The notes beneath the pieces were generated by a model. The model did no database searches and was not told the origin of the DNA. It saw nothing but the letters and a program-made list of their open reading frames with translations. Positions 1-9,649 of a DNA stretch of 64,000 bases are shown piece after piece. The stretch spans positions 136,006-200,005 of the forward strand of contig CAVOZP010000006.1 in NCBI GenBank assembly GCA_963700995.1. The letters run 5' to 3'. Position 1 is the first letter of the stretch. Each line of letters opens with the position of its first letter. This DNA is from an uncultured Acidimicrobiales bacterium (GTDB taxonomy: Bacteria; Actinomycetota; Acidimicrobiia; Acidimicrobiales; JAHEJN01). The position numbers and the translations under genes were made by a program.

Positions 1-828
1 TTCATCATCATGGAGCCCATGCACACGCCACCCATGTCGGGTTCCAACGCCATGTGCGTCGCCACGGTGGTGCTCGAGACCGGGCTCGTCCCGATGGTCG
101 AGCCGGTCACCCGCCTCACCCTGGAGGCGCCCGGTGGTCTGGTCGAGGTCGAGGCCCGGTGTGCGGCGGGCAAGGTCGAGGCGGTGACGCTCACCAATGT
201 GGCCTCGTTCGTATCGGAGCTCGACGCGATGATCGAGGTCGAGGGGTTCGGATCGCTGCGGGTCGACACGGCCTTCGGGGGCGACAGTTTCGTGATGGTC
301 GATGCCGCCGACATCGACCTCGAGGTGGTGCCGGCTGCAGCCGCCGAGCTCGCCGTGGCCGGCGCCCGGATCACGCTGGCTGCCAACGAGCAGCTCGGGT
401 TCTCCCACCCCGGCAACGACGCCGGCCTCGAGTGGAACCACATCTCGTTCTGTCAGATCGCCGAGCCACTCGAGCCCGAACCCGGATCGGCCGGGTCCGA
501 GTGGATGCTCAAGAGCACGTCGGTCATCGACCCTGGGAAGCTCGATCGCTCACCGACCGGCACGGGCGTTTCGGCTCGCCTGGCCGTGCTGGCCGCACGG
601 GGCTTGATGGACGTCGGCAGTCGGCTCACGATGCGCTCGGTGATCGACTCGACCTTCGTCGGAACCATCGTTGCGCGAAGCGCTGTGGGGGAGCGCCCGG
701 CGATCGTCCCGACGATCACGGGACGGGCGTGGATCACGGGTACTCACCAACATGTGGTTGACCCGACCGACCCCTGGCCCGAGGGCTACCGGCTGTCCGA
801 CACCTGGCCGGGCGCGGGCAGTCGGTAG
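1..828 (+). CDS. Proline racemase family protein, Ser/Thr active-site type (likely trans-3-hydroxy-L-proline dehydratase-like), 5' partial
   Basis: PPMSGSN and DRSPTGTG motifs, C-terminal ITGRAWITG; frame is open from the window start. Confidence 0.85.
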   Translation, partial: FIIMEPMHTPPMSGSNAMCVATVVLETGLVPMVEPVTRLTLEAPGGLVEVEARCAAGKVEAVTLTNVASFVSELDAMIEVEGFGSLRVDTAFGGDSFVMVDAADIDLEVVPAAAAELAVAGARITLAANEQLGFSHPGNDAGLEWNHISFCQIAEPLEPEPGSAGSEWMLKSTSVIDPGKLDRSPTGTGVSARLAVLAARGLMDVGSRLTMRSVIDSTFVGTIVARSAVGERPAIVPTITGRAWITGTHQHVVDPTDPWPEGYRLSDTWPGAGSR

Positions 829-838
829 ACCGACGTGC

Positions 839-2083
839 CTACCGGGAAGTGACGAAATCGGTGACGTCGGGATCTTTGTGGAAGCTGCCACCTTTCATGA
901 TGCCGACGAGCTTGCCGTGGTCCTGCAAGACCGTGATGTCGGCGAGGGGATCGCCGTCGACGAGGATCAGGTCGGCGAGATAGCCGCGTTCCACCTTGCC
1001 GAGCTTGTCGTTCTGCATGATGGCCCCCCCGTGAACCGTCGCCGCCCTGATGGCCTCCATCGGAGTGAAGTCGAGGAGCTCGACGAAGTGCTGGAGGTCG
1101 CGGGCGTTGGTGCCGTGCGGCGTCCATGCAAAGCCGTAATCGCCGCCGGGAAGCACCCGGATGCCTCGACGGTGCATCTCCTTGAGTCCCTCGATGCCGG
1201 CGTCGAGCTCGAGCTTGTAGCCCACCGCCTCGGCCGCCTCCTGGGGAAACCCGAACGCGTCGGCTTCGTAGAGTGAGGCGTACAGCCAGTGCAGCCCCGG
1301 TGCGACGAAGACCTCGTCCTTTCGCTCGGCGATGAGGTCGATGCACGCTTCGTCGGCGTAGCTCATGTGGTAGAAGATGTCGACGCCGTTGCGGGCCGCC
1401 TTCAGGCAGCTCTCCGTGCTGCGGGCATGCGTCGCCACGCGGCGTCCGAGCCGGTTGGCCTCCTCGACGGCCACAGCGATCTCGTCGTCGGTGAGGTAAT
1501 CGTCGCCGGCCCACGCCCGTTGGGTGATCGACTCGCCGCTCTGGATGATCTTGACGATGTCGGCACCGAGCCGGAGCGCCTCGCGCACCGCTTTGCGCAT
1601 CTCCTCGACCCCGCTGACCTGCGTGGAGATACCCGGTACGAGCATGCCCGCGGGCGAGCAGATCTCGCGAACCGACGCGAGATAGCGCGGTCCGGGGATC
1701 ATGCCTGCGTTGATGGCGTCGCGGGTTGCGATGTCGAGCCGCATCTTGGCCGCTGCGGCTCCTACCGCCATCGTGTACCCGGCGTCGAGCAGAATCCGGG
1801 CGGACTCGGCGCACACGAGCACGTGGTCCTCGAGCTCCATCGAGGCGATGCCGTCGAGGTCGCCGCTGTTCCAGCTCAGGTGGGTGTGGGCGTCGCACAG
1901 ACCCGACATGAGCGTTCGGCCCTTGCCGTCGATGACGCGGTCGTCGCTGTCGGGCAGACCGCCGCCTTGTTCCACGGCTACGATCTCGCCGTCGCGGACG
2001 AGGACCTCAGCCCCGAATGGTTCGTCGGCGTTCCCGTCGATGACCTGCACGTTCTTGAATATGACGTCCTCGGTACTGCTCAT
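839..2083 (-). CDS. Metal-dependent amidohydrolase (Xaa-Pro dipeptidase-like family)
   Basis: IDGKGRTLMSGLCDAHTH, ATHA, GGDYG and ADLILVDGDPLADI motifs; GGGGAGA RBS before ATG 2083. Confidence 0.85.
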   Translation of the reverse strand: MSSTEDVIFKNVQVIDGNADEPFGAEVLVRDGEIVAVEQGGGLPDSDDRVIDGKGRTLMSGLCDAHTHLSWNSGDLDGIASMELEDHVLVCAESARILLDAGYTMAVGAAAAKMRLDIATRDAINAGMIPGPRYLASVREICSPAGMLVPGISTQVSGVEEMRKAVREALRLGADIVKIIQSGESITQRAWAGDDYLTDDEIAVAVEEANRLGRRVATHARSTESCLKAARNGVDIFYHMSYADEACIDLIAERKDEVFVAPGLHWLYASLYEADAFGFPQEAAEAVGYKLELDAGIEGLKEMHRRGIRVLPGGDYGFAWTPHGTNARDLQHFVELLDFTPMEAIRAATVHGGAIMQNDKLGKVERGYLADLILVDGDPLADITVLQDHGKLVGIMKGGSFHKDPDVTDFVTSR

Positions 2084-2144
2084 TTGCTTTCTCCCCCGTG
2101 AATGCAGCAGATGCTGCAGAGTGTTGTCGTTGTCGATCGAGTTT

Positions 2145-2915
2145 TCAGCCGAGGAACTCTGCCACCAGTGAGGCGACCTCGACCCCGGCCTCGACGACGG
2201 TCCAGTGCCCGATGCCGTCGATGACATGGACGGCGGCGTCGCCGAACCCGGCGGCGATGTGCTGGGTCTTCTCCGGTGGCGCGATTCCGTCGGCGGTTCC
2301 GGTGATCAGCAGGACCGGACAGGTGATGGCCCCCTGGTCGGCGTCGACGGTGGCGGCCGCCGCCTCGCAGGCAACTGCGTACCCCTCATCGGTCTGTCCG
2401 AGCACGCATTCGCGAACGTATCCGACGATCTCTGGTCGTTCATCCTTCGTCTTGGGACCCGTGCCGGCGTTGGCGATGGTCGGAGCAATCGCTCCGATCG
2501 TCTGGGTCCGAACGGTCGCCGCTCGCTCGCGCAGCCCGTCGCGGCCTGCGTCGGGAAGCTCGCGGATGGGCCCGAGGAGGACGAGCTTGTCGACCCGATC
2601 GGGGTGGCTGGCCGCGAAGGTCTGAACGATGGCCGAACCCATGGAATGGCCGATCACCGACGCCGACTCTGCGCCGACATGATCCAGCACGGCGCCCAGA
2701 TCATCGGCAAACCCCTCGATCGAGACAGGACCGGTGAGCGGACTTCGGCCGTGACCGTTGAGATCGAAGGCGACCATCCGGTGATTCTCGGCCAGTCGGG
2801 CGGTCACGGCGTCGTAGAAGGTGGTGGTCCCACCGAGGCCGTGCACCATCACGACGGTCGGACCGTCGCCTGTGATCTCCAGCCAGAGCTGCTTGCCGTT
2901 GATCTGGGTGAGCAT
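2145..2915 (-). CDS. Alpha/beta hydrolase (3-oxoadipate enol-lactonase-like)
   Basis: VHGLGG, DLNGHGRS, GHSMG nucleophile elbow, C-terminal GHW; AAGGAAGG RBS. Confidence 0.85.
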   Translation of the reverse strand: MLTQINGKQLWLEITGDGPTVVMVHGLGGTTTFYDAVTARLAENHRMVAFDLNGHGRSPLTGPVSIEGFADDLGAVLDHVGAESASVIGHSMGSAIVQTFAASHPDRVDKLVLLGPIRELPDAGRDGLRERAATVRTQTIGAIAPTIANAGTGPKTKDERPEIVGYVRECVLGQTDEGYAVACEAAAATVDADQGAITCPVLLITGTADGIAPPEKTQHIAAGFGDAAVHVIDGIGHWTVVEAGVEVASLVAEFLG

Positions 2916-2935
2916 GCGGGTACCTTCCTTGGGCT

Positions 2936-3796
2936 CTACTTGAACGGGTTCTCGAGGGTTCCGATGTTGGTTATCTCGATCGTCACACGATCGCCGGGTT
3001 GCAGGAACTGCGGGGGATCGAGGCCGATACCCACTCCCGCCGGGGTTCCCGTGGCGATGATGTCGCCGGGGCGGAGCGTGAAACCGGCCGAGATGGTCGC
3101 GATGATGTCGGGAACCGGGAAGATCAGGTCGCAAGTGTTCGCGTGTTGGCGGCGCTCACCGTTCACATAGCTCGTGACCCAGGTGTCGGCGAGGTCGACT
3201 TCGTCATGGGTGACCGCGACCGGACCCATGGGGCAGAAGGTGTCGAGGGTCTTGCCGAGGAGCCATTGCTTGTGTGTCTTCTGGCGGTCTCGGGCAGTGA
3301 CGTCGTTGACGATCGTGTAGCCCCACACGTGGCCCATGGCGTCGTTCGGCGAGATGTCGCGACCGCCAGATCCGATGATCACGGCCAGTTCGGCTTCGTA
3401 GTCGACCATGGAGGTCACGTGCGGCATCAACTCGACGGTCTCGTTGGGCCCGATCACCGACGAAGCGAACTTCGTGAACACGATCGGGTGCTCGGGTTCG
3501 GGCGGTGCTCCGGCGTTGTCGGAGTTGTCGAAGCCGCTGGAGGCGAACTCGATCGCGTGTTCTCGATAGTTCTTGCCGACGCAGAGGACGTTGCGTCGGG
3601 GCTCGGGAATCGGCGCCAGGCGATGAGCGGTCATGTCGTCGATGTGGTCGACGATGTCGATCAGGAGGGGGTCGATGTCGATGACGTCGAGCACCGATAG
3701 GTACGAAGGCGCGAGGAGTCCCAACGACGCTGGCGTTGTAGGGTCCTCGATGGCTACCCGGCGCTCGCCGCGGTACTCGATTGTCGCAAACCGCAT
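2936..3796 (-). CDS. Fumarylacetoacetate hydrolase family protein
   Basis: CVGKNYREH, DYEAEL, NDVTARD, GKTLDTFCPMGP, TGTPAGVG. Confidence 0.9.
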   Translation of the reverse strand: MRFATIEYRGERRVAIEDPTTPASLGLLAPSYLSVLDVIDIDPLLIDIVDHIDDMTAHRLAPIPEPRRNVLCVGKNYREHAIEFASSGFDNSDNAGAPPEPEHPIVFTKFASSVIGPNETVELMPHVTSMVDYEAELAVIIGSGGRDISPNDAMGHVWGYTIVNDVTARDRQKTHKQWLLGKTLDTFCPMGPVAVTHDEVDLADTWVTSYVNGERRQHANTCDLIFPVPDIIATISAGFTLRPGDIIATGTPAGVGIGLDPPQFLQPGDRVTIEITNIGTLENPFK

Positions 3797-3814
3797 GGCG
3801 TCACCACCGACTGC

Positions 3815-3842
3815 ACCAATATGAACCAATATTGTTATTGGT
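3815..3842. promoter_or_regulatory. Putative FadR/GntR operator upstream of the FAH operon
   Basis: AT-rich ACCAATAT direct repeat (3815, 3825) and inverted repeat ACCAATA-TTGT-TATTGGT (3825-3842), next to a GntR gene. Confidence 0.55.
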
Positions 3843-3880
3843 CTGACATCAGCGGAAACTAACGGCGAGACAACACTCTG

Positions 3881-4543
3881 TCAACCGGTTGCGAGCTCCA
3901 GCGAGTCGGTGCCGAACATGTTCACCGAGATCTGCTTGAGGTGCTCCGACACCCGCAACGCCGCCGTGGTCGCGTCGCGTCGGAGAAGGGCCTCGACGAT
4001 CGCCCGATGGTGGGAGTCATAGACCGCGCGCCGCTCGGCTGAGAACGAGGACCGCTTGAGATCACCCCAGACCGTCGTGTCTCTCGCCGCCGTGATGAGG
4101 GCATACAGCTCGGTGATGAGGGCGTTGTGGGTTGCCTCGACCATGGCGGTGTGCAGCGCCGCGTCCCACACTTCGAACTCCTCCTGCGATGGCGCCGCCT
4201 CTGCGGCGACAAGGCAGTGTTCGAGGCGATCGAAGTCGGACTTCGTGGCGTTGGCGACGACCAATCCCATCATCGCCGGCTCCAACAGGAGTCGCACGGC
4301 GAGCACCTCGCGGGGGCTGACGTCCTCGCCCGCCCTGCGGTCGCCGGCCACGAACGTGCCTCTGCCGACCTGCCGGGTGACCGCCCGCTCGGCCTCGAGG
4401 CGAGCCAGTCCGGTTCGCAGCTGCGATCTCGTCATGTCGAGGAGGTCCACCAGTTCACGTTCGGGCGGCAGCCGGTCGCCCGGCTCGAACCCGTGGTCGA
4501 CCCAGTAGGACCTGATTCTCGCGGCCACGTCTCGGCTGTCCAT
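3881..4543 (-). CDS. GntR/FadR family transcriptional regulator (FCD domain)
   Basis: PGDRLPPERELV...RQVGRGTFV wHTH; DAALHTAMVEATHN...HRAIVEAL FCD domain. Confidence 0.9.
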   Translation of the reverse strand: MDSRDVAARIRSYWVDHGFEPGDRLPPERELVDLLDMTRSQLRTGLARLEAERAVTRQVGRGTFVAGDRRAGEDVSPREVLAVRLLLEPAMMGLVVANATKSDFDRLEHCLVAAEAAPSQEEFEVWDAALHTAMVEATHNALITELYALITAARDTTVWGDLKRSSFSAERRAVYDSHHRAIVEALLRRDATTAALRVSEHLKQISVNMFGTDSLELATG

Positions 4544-4576
4544 CCCTTGACGATGGCTGCTGGCGGCGCGAATTGC

Positions 4577-4594
4577 AACCAATCCGACCAATCC
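4577..4594. promoter_or_regulatory. Putative autoregulatory GntR site
   Basis: ACCAATCC direct repeat (4578, 4587) in the divergent promoter; same ACCAAT core as at 3815-3842. Confidence 0.45.
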
Positions 4595-4660
4595 TGCCTA
4601 CCATCGCCAGCCGCCGGCGTACGATGACCCACGATGATGCAACGACCAGGAGAAACACCG

Positions 4661-4948
4661 ATGATCCAGCACACCGTCACCTTTCGCCTCGGCGACGAAG
4701 CCGACTTCGCCGCCTTCCTCGAGCAGGCCCGTGCGCTCGCCGAAATCGACGGGGTCCTCGACTTCCGGATCTTGCGCCAGGTGGGCGCCAAGAACGACTT
4801 CACCCACGCCCTGTCCATGTTCTTCGACTCGCAGGAGCACTACGACGGGTACAACAGCCATCCCGATCACCTGGCCTTCGTCGCCGACGTGTGGGTTCCC
4901 AACGTGGCCGAGTTCATCGAGCTCGACTACGTGGCGGTCGACGCCTGA
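4661..4948 (+). CDS. Dabb family (stress-responsive A/B barrel) protein
   Basis: MIQHTVTF start, YNSHPDHLAFV, ELDY end; AGGAGA RBS. Confidence 0.8.
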   Translation: MIQHTVTFRLGDEADFAAFLEQARALAEIDGVLDFRILRQVGAKNDFTHALSMFFDSQEHYDGYNSHPDHLAFVADVWVPNVAEFIELDYVAVDA

Positions 4949-5001
4949 GGGTTCGGTCCCGCTCTGGGACCATCGGCGAATTCGTCGTACTGTGCGTCGG
5001 T

Positions 5002-6702
5002 ATGGAGCAATCAGCGTTGGACCCGGCCAAGGCCACCTCGACTGCCGACGTCCGCCGCCTGTACGCCGCGCTGCTTCAAGCCGAGCTGACGGGTAGCGAC
5101 GCGCTGCTCGCCAGCCAGCAGATGCTGCAGATCCTCATGGACTCCATGACCAACGCCGTGTTCTGGAAGGACTCCGACTCCTGTTATCTCGGGTGCAACC
5201 AGGTCTTCGCCGGCTTCGCCGGCTTCGAGTCGTCGCTGTTGCTCGGGAAGTCCGATCGCGACATGCCGTGGGCCGACGACGCCGAATACAGCTCCGAGTG
5301 GTTCATCGACTGGGATCAGGCGGTCATCGAGAGCGGAGAGCCACAGTACGGAATCCTCGAACGGCTCCGGCGGGCCGACGGCGAGATGCGGTGGATCGAG
5401 ACCAACAAGGTGCCGCTGCGCGACGTCGACGGCCAGGTCATCGGCATTCTGGGCACCTTCGAGGACATCACCGATCGGCGCCGAGCCGAAGAGGAGCTCA
5501 CGCGAACCCTCGACGATCTCGACGAGCGGGTCATCCAGCGCACCAACGAGCTCATGCGGGCCAACGAAGCCCTGCGGCGGGAAGTCGAGGACCGCATCCG
5601 ACTCCAAGCCGAGGAGCGTCAGCAACGGGCCTACGCCGAAGCGCTGCGAGACACTGCCGCGGCGATGTCGAAGACCTTCGATCTCGCCGCGGTCGGAGAA
5701 CAGGCGCTGGGTGGCATCGAACGGCTCGTGTCGAACGACCTCGCCGCCATCGTCCTCGCCGACGCCGACGGGGCGTGCGAGCTGAGCCACCTCCACTCCG
5801 GTTTCGGGTATCTCGAAGACGCCACCGATGTCGCCGCCTGCGACATCGAGAAGCTCAGCGTCATACAGCGTTTGAAAGCCGAGCACGGTCCGGTGATCGT
5901 CGACCAACCCGTGGCCGCGATCGGTCCGGCCCAGTCGGTGCTCGGGGCCCGCATGCAGGTCGCCGATCAGCTCGTCGGCTACCTCCTGGTCGAGAGTGCG
6001 ACGCGTGGGTTCTTCACCGAGGGTCACGCCGACCGGCTCGGTGCGGTGGCCGACCAAGCGGGCGCGGCGCTGTCGAATGCTCAGCTGGCCGGCCGGATGT
6101 CCGAGCTGGCGGCGGCCGAAGAGCGGCAGCGACTCGCCCGCGATCTCCACGACGCGGTGAACCAGACGCTGTGGACGGCGGCGCTCACGGCCGAGTCGCT
6201 CCTGAGTGATGTCGACGTCGACTCGAGCCTGCACCATCGTGTCGATCGTCTCCGTCAGCTCACGCGTGGCGCGTTGGCCGAGATGCGAGCGCTGCTGCTC
6301 GAGCTTCGTCCCGAAGGGCTCACCGATGTCGACCTCGACGAGCTGATCGAGTTCCTCCTCGCGGCGCTCGAGTGCCGCCGCACCCTCGATGTGACCCTCA
6401 AGCTCGACCGGGTGAAACTCGACCCGACCGTTCACATCGCGTTCTACCGCATCGCCCAGGAGGCGCTCGGGAACGTCGCCCAGCACGCCGAAGCCTCCGC
6501 GCTCACCGTCGAACTGCGGGCCGGACCGCCGGTCGAGTTGATCGTCTCCGATGACGGGCGTGGATTCGACCCCCACGCCGTGCCCGGAGGGCACTTCGGT
6601 CTGCGGATCATGTGCGAACGGGCTGAGTCGATCGGGGCCACGCTGGCGGTCGACAGCGAAGAGGGCGCGGGAACCCATCTGCGATTGCGAGCAACGAGTT
6701 GA
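5002..6702 (+). CDS. PAS/GAF sensor histidine kinase (HisKA_3)
   Basis: VFWKD...YLGCN PAS/PAC; GAF; [17 protein letters not shown]-box; [27 protein letters not shown]. Confidence 0.9.
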   Translation: MEQSALDPAKATSTADVRRLYAALLQAELTGSDALLASQQMLQILMDSMTNAVFWKDSDSCYLGCNQVFAGFAGFESSLLLGKSDRDMPWADDAEYSSEWFIDWDQAVIESGEPQYGILERLRRADGEMRWIETNKVPLRDVDGQVIGILGTFEDITDRRRAEEELTRTLDDLDERVIQRTNELMRANEALRREVEDRIRLQAEERQQRAYAEALRDTAAAMSKTFDLAAVGEQALGGIERLVSNDLAAIVLADADGACELSHLHSGFGYLEDATDVAACDIEKLSVIQRLKAEHGPVIVDQPVAAIGPAQSVLGARMQVADQLVGYLLVESATRGFFTEGHADRLGAVADQAGAALSNAQLAGRMSELAAAEERQRLARDLHDAVNQTLWTAALTAESLLSDVDVDSSLHHRVDRLRQLTRGALAEMRALLLELRPEGLTDVDLDELIEFLLAALECRRTLDVTLKLDRVKLDPTVHIAFYRIAQEALGNVAQHAEASALTVELRAGPPVELIVSDDGRGFDPHAVPGGHFGLRIMCERAESIGATLAVDSEEGAGTHLRLRATS

Positions 6703-7319
6703 GCGCGATCTCGGTGGTGGTCGTCGACGACCATGACCTGTTGCGCGAGGGGGTGAGCGCGTGCCTCGCGTCCTTCGATGACATCGACGTGATCGGCGAG
6801 GCCGCCAACGGTACCGCCGCCCTCGAGATCGTCGCCTCGCTGCACCCGGCGGTGGTGGTGATGGACCTGGTGATGCCCGGGCTGAGCGGCGCCGAGGTCA
6901 TCCGGCGGCTGCGCGCCGCGCATCCCGACCTGGGAATCGTGGCCCTTTCGTCGTTCTCCGAGTCGTCGCGTGTCCGTGAGGTGATCGACGCCGGGGCCAA
7001 CGGCTATCTGATCAAGTCGGTCGACGCACCGTCGCTCGCCCGGGCGGTTCGCAGCGCCGCAGTCGGTCAGAGCACCTTTTCGGCCGAGGTCACCCACTCG
7101 CTCATGGACGAACGTCCCGAGCCGAGTCTGTCGGGTCTCACGGCCCGCGAAGAGGAGATCGCTCATCTGTTGGCGAGCGGCCGTACCAACGCCGAGATCG
7201 CCGACCAGCTCGATCTCAGCGTGTTCACGGTGAAGAACCACGTGAGCAGCATCCTCATGAAGCTGCACGTTCGCACCCGCACCGAAGCGGCGTCGGTGAT
7301 CCTCCGCGTCGCCGACTAG
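6699..7319 (+). CDS. NarL/LuxR family response regulator
   Basis: VVDDH, MDLVMP receiver; LTAREEEI...TVKNHVSSIL HTH; overlaps the kinase stop codon. Confidence 0.92.
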   Translation: MSAISVVVVDDHDLLREGVSACLASFDDIDVIGEAANGTAALEIVASLHPAVVVMDLVMPGLSGAEVIRRLRAAHPDLGIVALSSFSESSRVREVIDAGANGYLIKSVDAPSLARAVRSAAVGQSTFSAEVTHSLMDERPEPSLSGLTAREEEIAHLLASGRTNAEIADQLDLSVFTVKNHVSSILMKLHVRTRTEAASVILRVAD

Positions 7320-7416
7320 TTCTTTCGCGCCCCCTCGATCGCGCTAGCGCGTCTGCGTCTCCTGGCTCTGTTCCGATCGCGCGCCGCTCGTTAGGTTGAC
7401 GGTGGGGGAAACAGAT

Positions 7417-8526
7417 GTGACCAGGGCAAGCCACAGCGACGCTGCGCAGATCCGGTTCGGGGCGCTGAGTCTGACGCCGCGCCAGATCGAGACGCTGCGC
7501 AGGATTCCCGTTGTGTTCATCGGGCTGCTCGTGGGGTTCGCGTTGCTCTGGGTGCTGTTCATTGCCGACCGGTCGTGGACCGTCCACACCTCGGCCGGGC
7601 CCGCGATCAGCGAACCCGGTGAGTTCATCGTCACCTTGCTCGACGGTCTCACCTTCGCCGGGTTGCTCTTCGTGGTGGCGTCGGGGTTCACCCTGATCTT
7701 CGGCCTCATGCGTACGGTCAACATGGCCCACGGCGCCTTCTTCGCGCTGGCGGCCTACGTGGCCATCGACCTGCAACAGCGCATGGTCGGACAGAGCCGC
7801 AACATCGAGTCCGACGACGTCTCGCTGTTGCAGTGGATCCTGCCGATGCTCGCTGCCGCATTCTTCGTGGCGGTGCTCGGTCTCGCCATGCAACAACTGT
7901 TCTTGCGCTGGAATCAGGGTCAAGACCTCCGTCAGGCCATCATCACCGTCGCAGTCACCGTCATCGTGGCCGATCAGATGCTGTTCGAGTACGGCGGACT
8001 CGCCAAGCGAGTGGTGTGGCCCGGTGGCGTCGTGCACTTCTTCGAGATCATGGGCCAGCGATACGCAACGAGTCGACTCTTCCTGCTCGCGATTTCGATC
8101 ATCGTCGGAGCCGGGTTGTGGATATGGCTCAACCGCACCCGCATGGGAATGGTCATCCGGGCCGGTGTCGACGACCAGGACATGGTCCGAGCGCTGGGGA
8201 TCAACGTCACCGTGGTGTTCGGCATCACCTTCTTCGTCGGGTCGTTCCTGGCCGGCATGGGCGGCGTGATGGGCGCTTCCTTCGCCGGTGTCGCACCCGG
8301 TACCGACGGCCAGTGGTTGCTCAACTCGTTGATCGTCGTGATCATCGGAGGACTCGGGTCGGTGAAGGGAGCCATCGCCGGATCACTGCTCTACGGCATG
8401 GTCACCGCCTTCTCGCCCGCGTACCTGCCGGCCGATTACACGTTCTACTCCATCATCTTCACGCTCGTGGTCCTGGCGGTCGTGTTGGCGGTGCGGCCCA
8501 ACGGTCTGTACGGGAGAGCGGAATGA
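7417..8526 (+). CDS. livH: Branched-chain amino acid-type ABC transporter permease
   Basis: ASGFTLIFGLMRTVNMAHG, GMVIRAG, VVIIGGLGS; start approximate. Confidence 0.85.
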   Translation: MTRASHSDAAQIRFGALSLTPRQIETLRRIPVVFIGLLVGFALLWVLFIADRSWTVHTSAGPAISEPGEFIVTLLDGLTFAGLLFVVASGFTLIFGLMRTVNMAHGAFFALAAYVAIDLQQRMVGQSRNIESDDVSLLQWILPMLAAAFFVAVLGLAMQQLFLRWNQGQDLRQAIITVAVTVIVADQMLFEYGGLAKRVVWPGGVVHFFEIMGQRYATSRLFLLAISIIVGAGLWIWLNRTRMGMVIRAGVDDQDMVRALGINVTVVFGITFFVGSFLAGMGGVMGASFAGVAPGTDGQWLLNSLIVVIIGGLGSVKGAIAGSLLYGMVTAFSPAYLPADYTFYSIIFTLVVLAVVLAVRPNGLYGRAE

Positions 8527-9584
8527 CGTCGCTCTCGTTGCGGAGCGCTGCGGTCGCCGCCATCGTGGCGCTGTTGGCGCTGCTCCCGCTGTTCGGATCC
8601 GACTTCTTCATCGATTTCGTCATGACCCGCGCCCTCATGTTGGGCCTGGCGGCGTCGACGCTCGTGTTCTTGTCGGCCTACGGCGGCATGGTGTCGCTCG
8701 CCCAGTGGCTGATGTTCGGTGTGGCCGGTTTCGCCGTGGGCAACGTGGTCGCCGACAGCGGCCGTGGCCTGAAGCTGGGCCGGGATCCGTGGCTGGCGGT
8801 GGTGATCGCCCTGGTCATCGTCACCCTCCTTGCGTTCGTGTTCGGGCTGCTCTCGGCCCGCTCGAGCGGCATCTACTTCCTCATGCTCACTCTCACCTAC
8901 GCCGTCCTGGGGTTCTTCTTCTTCGGTCAGGTCACCACGTTCTCCGGCTTCGGGGGGATGACCGGCATCGACCCCCCAGGGTTGTTCCTCGACCATCCGA
9001 AGCGGCTGTACTACGCAGGTCTGGTGCTCTCGGTTCTCGCGTACGTGGGTTTTCGCGCCATCGCCAAGACGCCGTTCGGGCTGGCGCTGCAGGGCGTTCG
9101 CGACGACCCGATACGCATGTCGTCGCTGGGCTTCAGTGTGCAGCTGCATCGCACTCTTGCGTTCACACTGGCGGGTTTCGTGGCGGGCGTCGCCGGGATT
9201 CTCAACATCTGGTGGAACGGACAAATCGACCCCACCTCGATCAACATCGGCCCCACGCTCGATCTGCTCATCATCGCCGTCATCGGTGGAATCGCTCACC
9301 TCGAGGGAGCGTGGCTCGGGGCATTCGTTTTCGTCGGGGCGAACATCTACATCCGCGACATTCCCCTGCTCGGAAACATCGGCGGCGTGATCGAAGAGCG
9401 AATCCTGGCTCAGGAGCGGTTCAACACCATGATCGGCTTGATGTTGCTCGTCATCATGTTGCTGTCTCCCGACGGCCTCGCCGGGATCATCCAACGACTT
9501 CGCGATGCGGCGAGCAAAGCACTTCGGCGCGGCCCTGAACCAGCCGCCACCGAGGAGAGCTCGCTTCAAGCGAGTGGGTCCTGA
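8523..9584 (+). CDS. livM: Branched-chain amino acid-type ABC transporter permease
   Basis: YGGMVSLAQ, GIYFLMLTL, PFGLALQGVRDD, PDGLAG; ATGA overlap with the previous gene. Confidence 0.85.
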   Translation: MTSLSLRSAAVAAIVALLALLPLFGSDFFIDFVMTRALMLGLAASTLVFLSAYGGMVSLAQWLMFGVAGFAVGNVVADSGRGLKLGRDPWLAVVIALVIVTLLAFVFGLLSARSSGIYFLMLTLTYAVLGFFFFGQVTTFSGFGGMTGIDPPGLFLDHPKRLYYAGLVLSVLAYVGFRAIAKTPFGLALQGVRDDPIRMSSLGFSVQLHRTLAFTLAGFVAGVAGILNIWWNGQIDPTSINIGPTLDLLIIAVIGGIAHLEGAWLGAFVFVGANIYIRDIPLLGNIGGVIEERILAQERFNTMIGLMLLVIMLLSPDGLAGIIQRLRDAASKALRRGPEPAATEESSLQASGS

Positions 9585-9649
9585 TGGGCTCCACACAGCA
9601 AGTGACCACTCGTGGTCGGTACCAACAACCAACGGAGGGAACCAATCCC

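Noticed and set aside
4573-5001. N-terminal extension of the histidine kinase
   Set aside because: It overlaps the Dabb gene in another frame and is Arg-rich shadow sequence; ATG 5002 is the better start.
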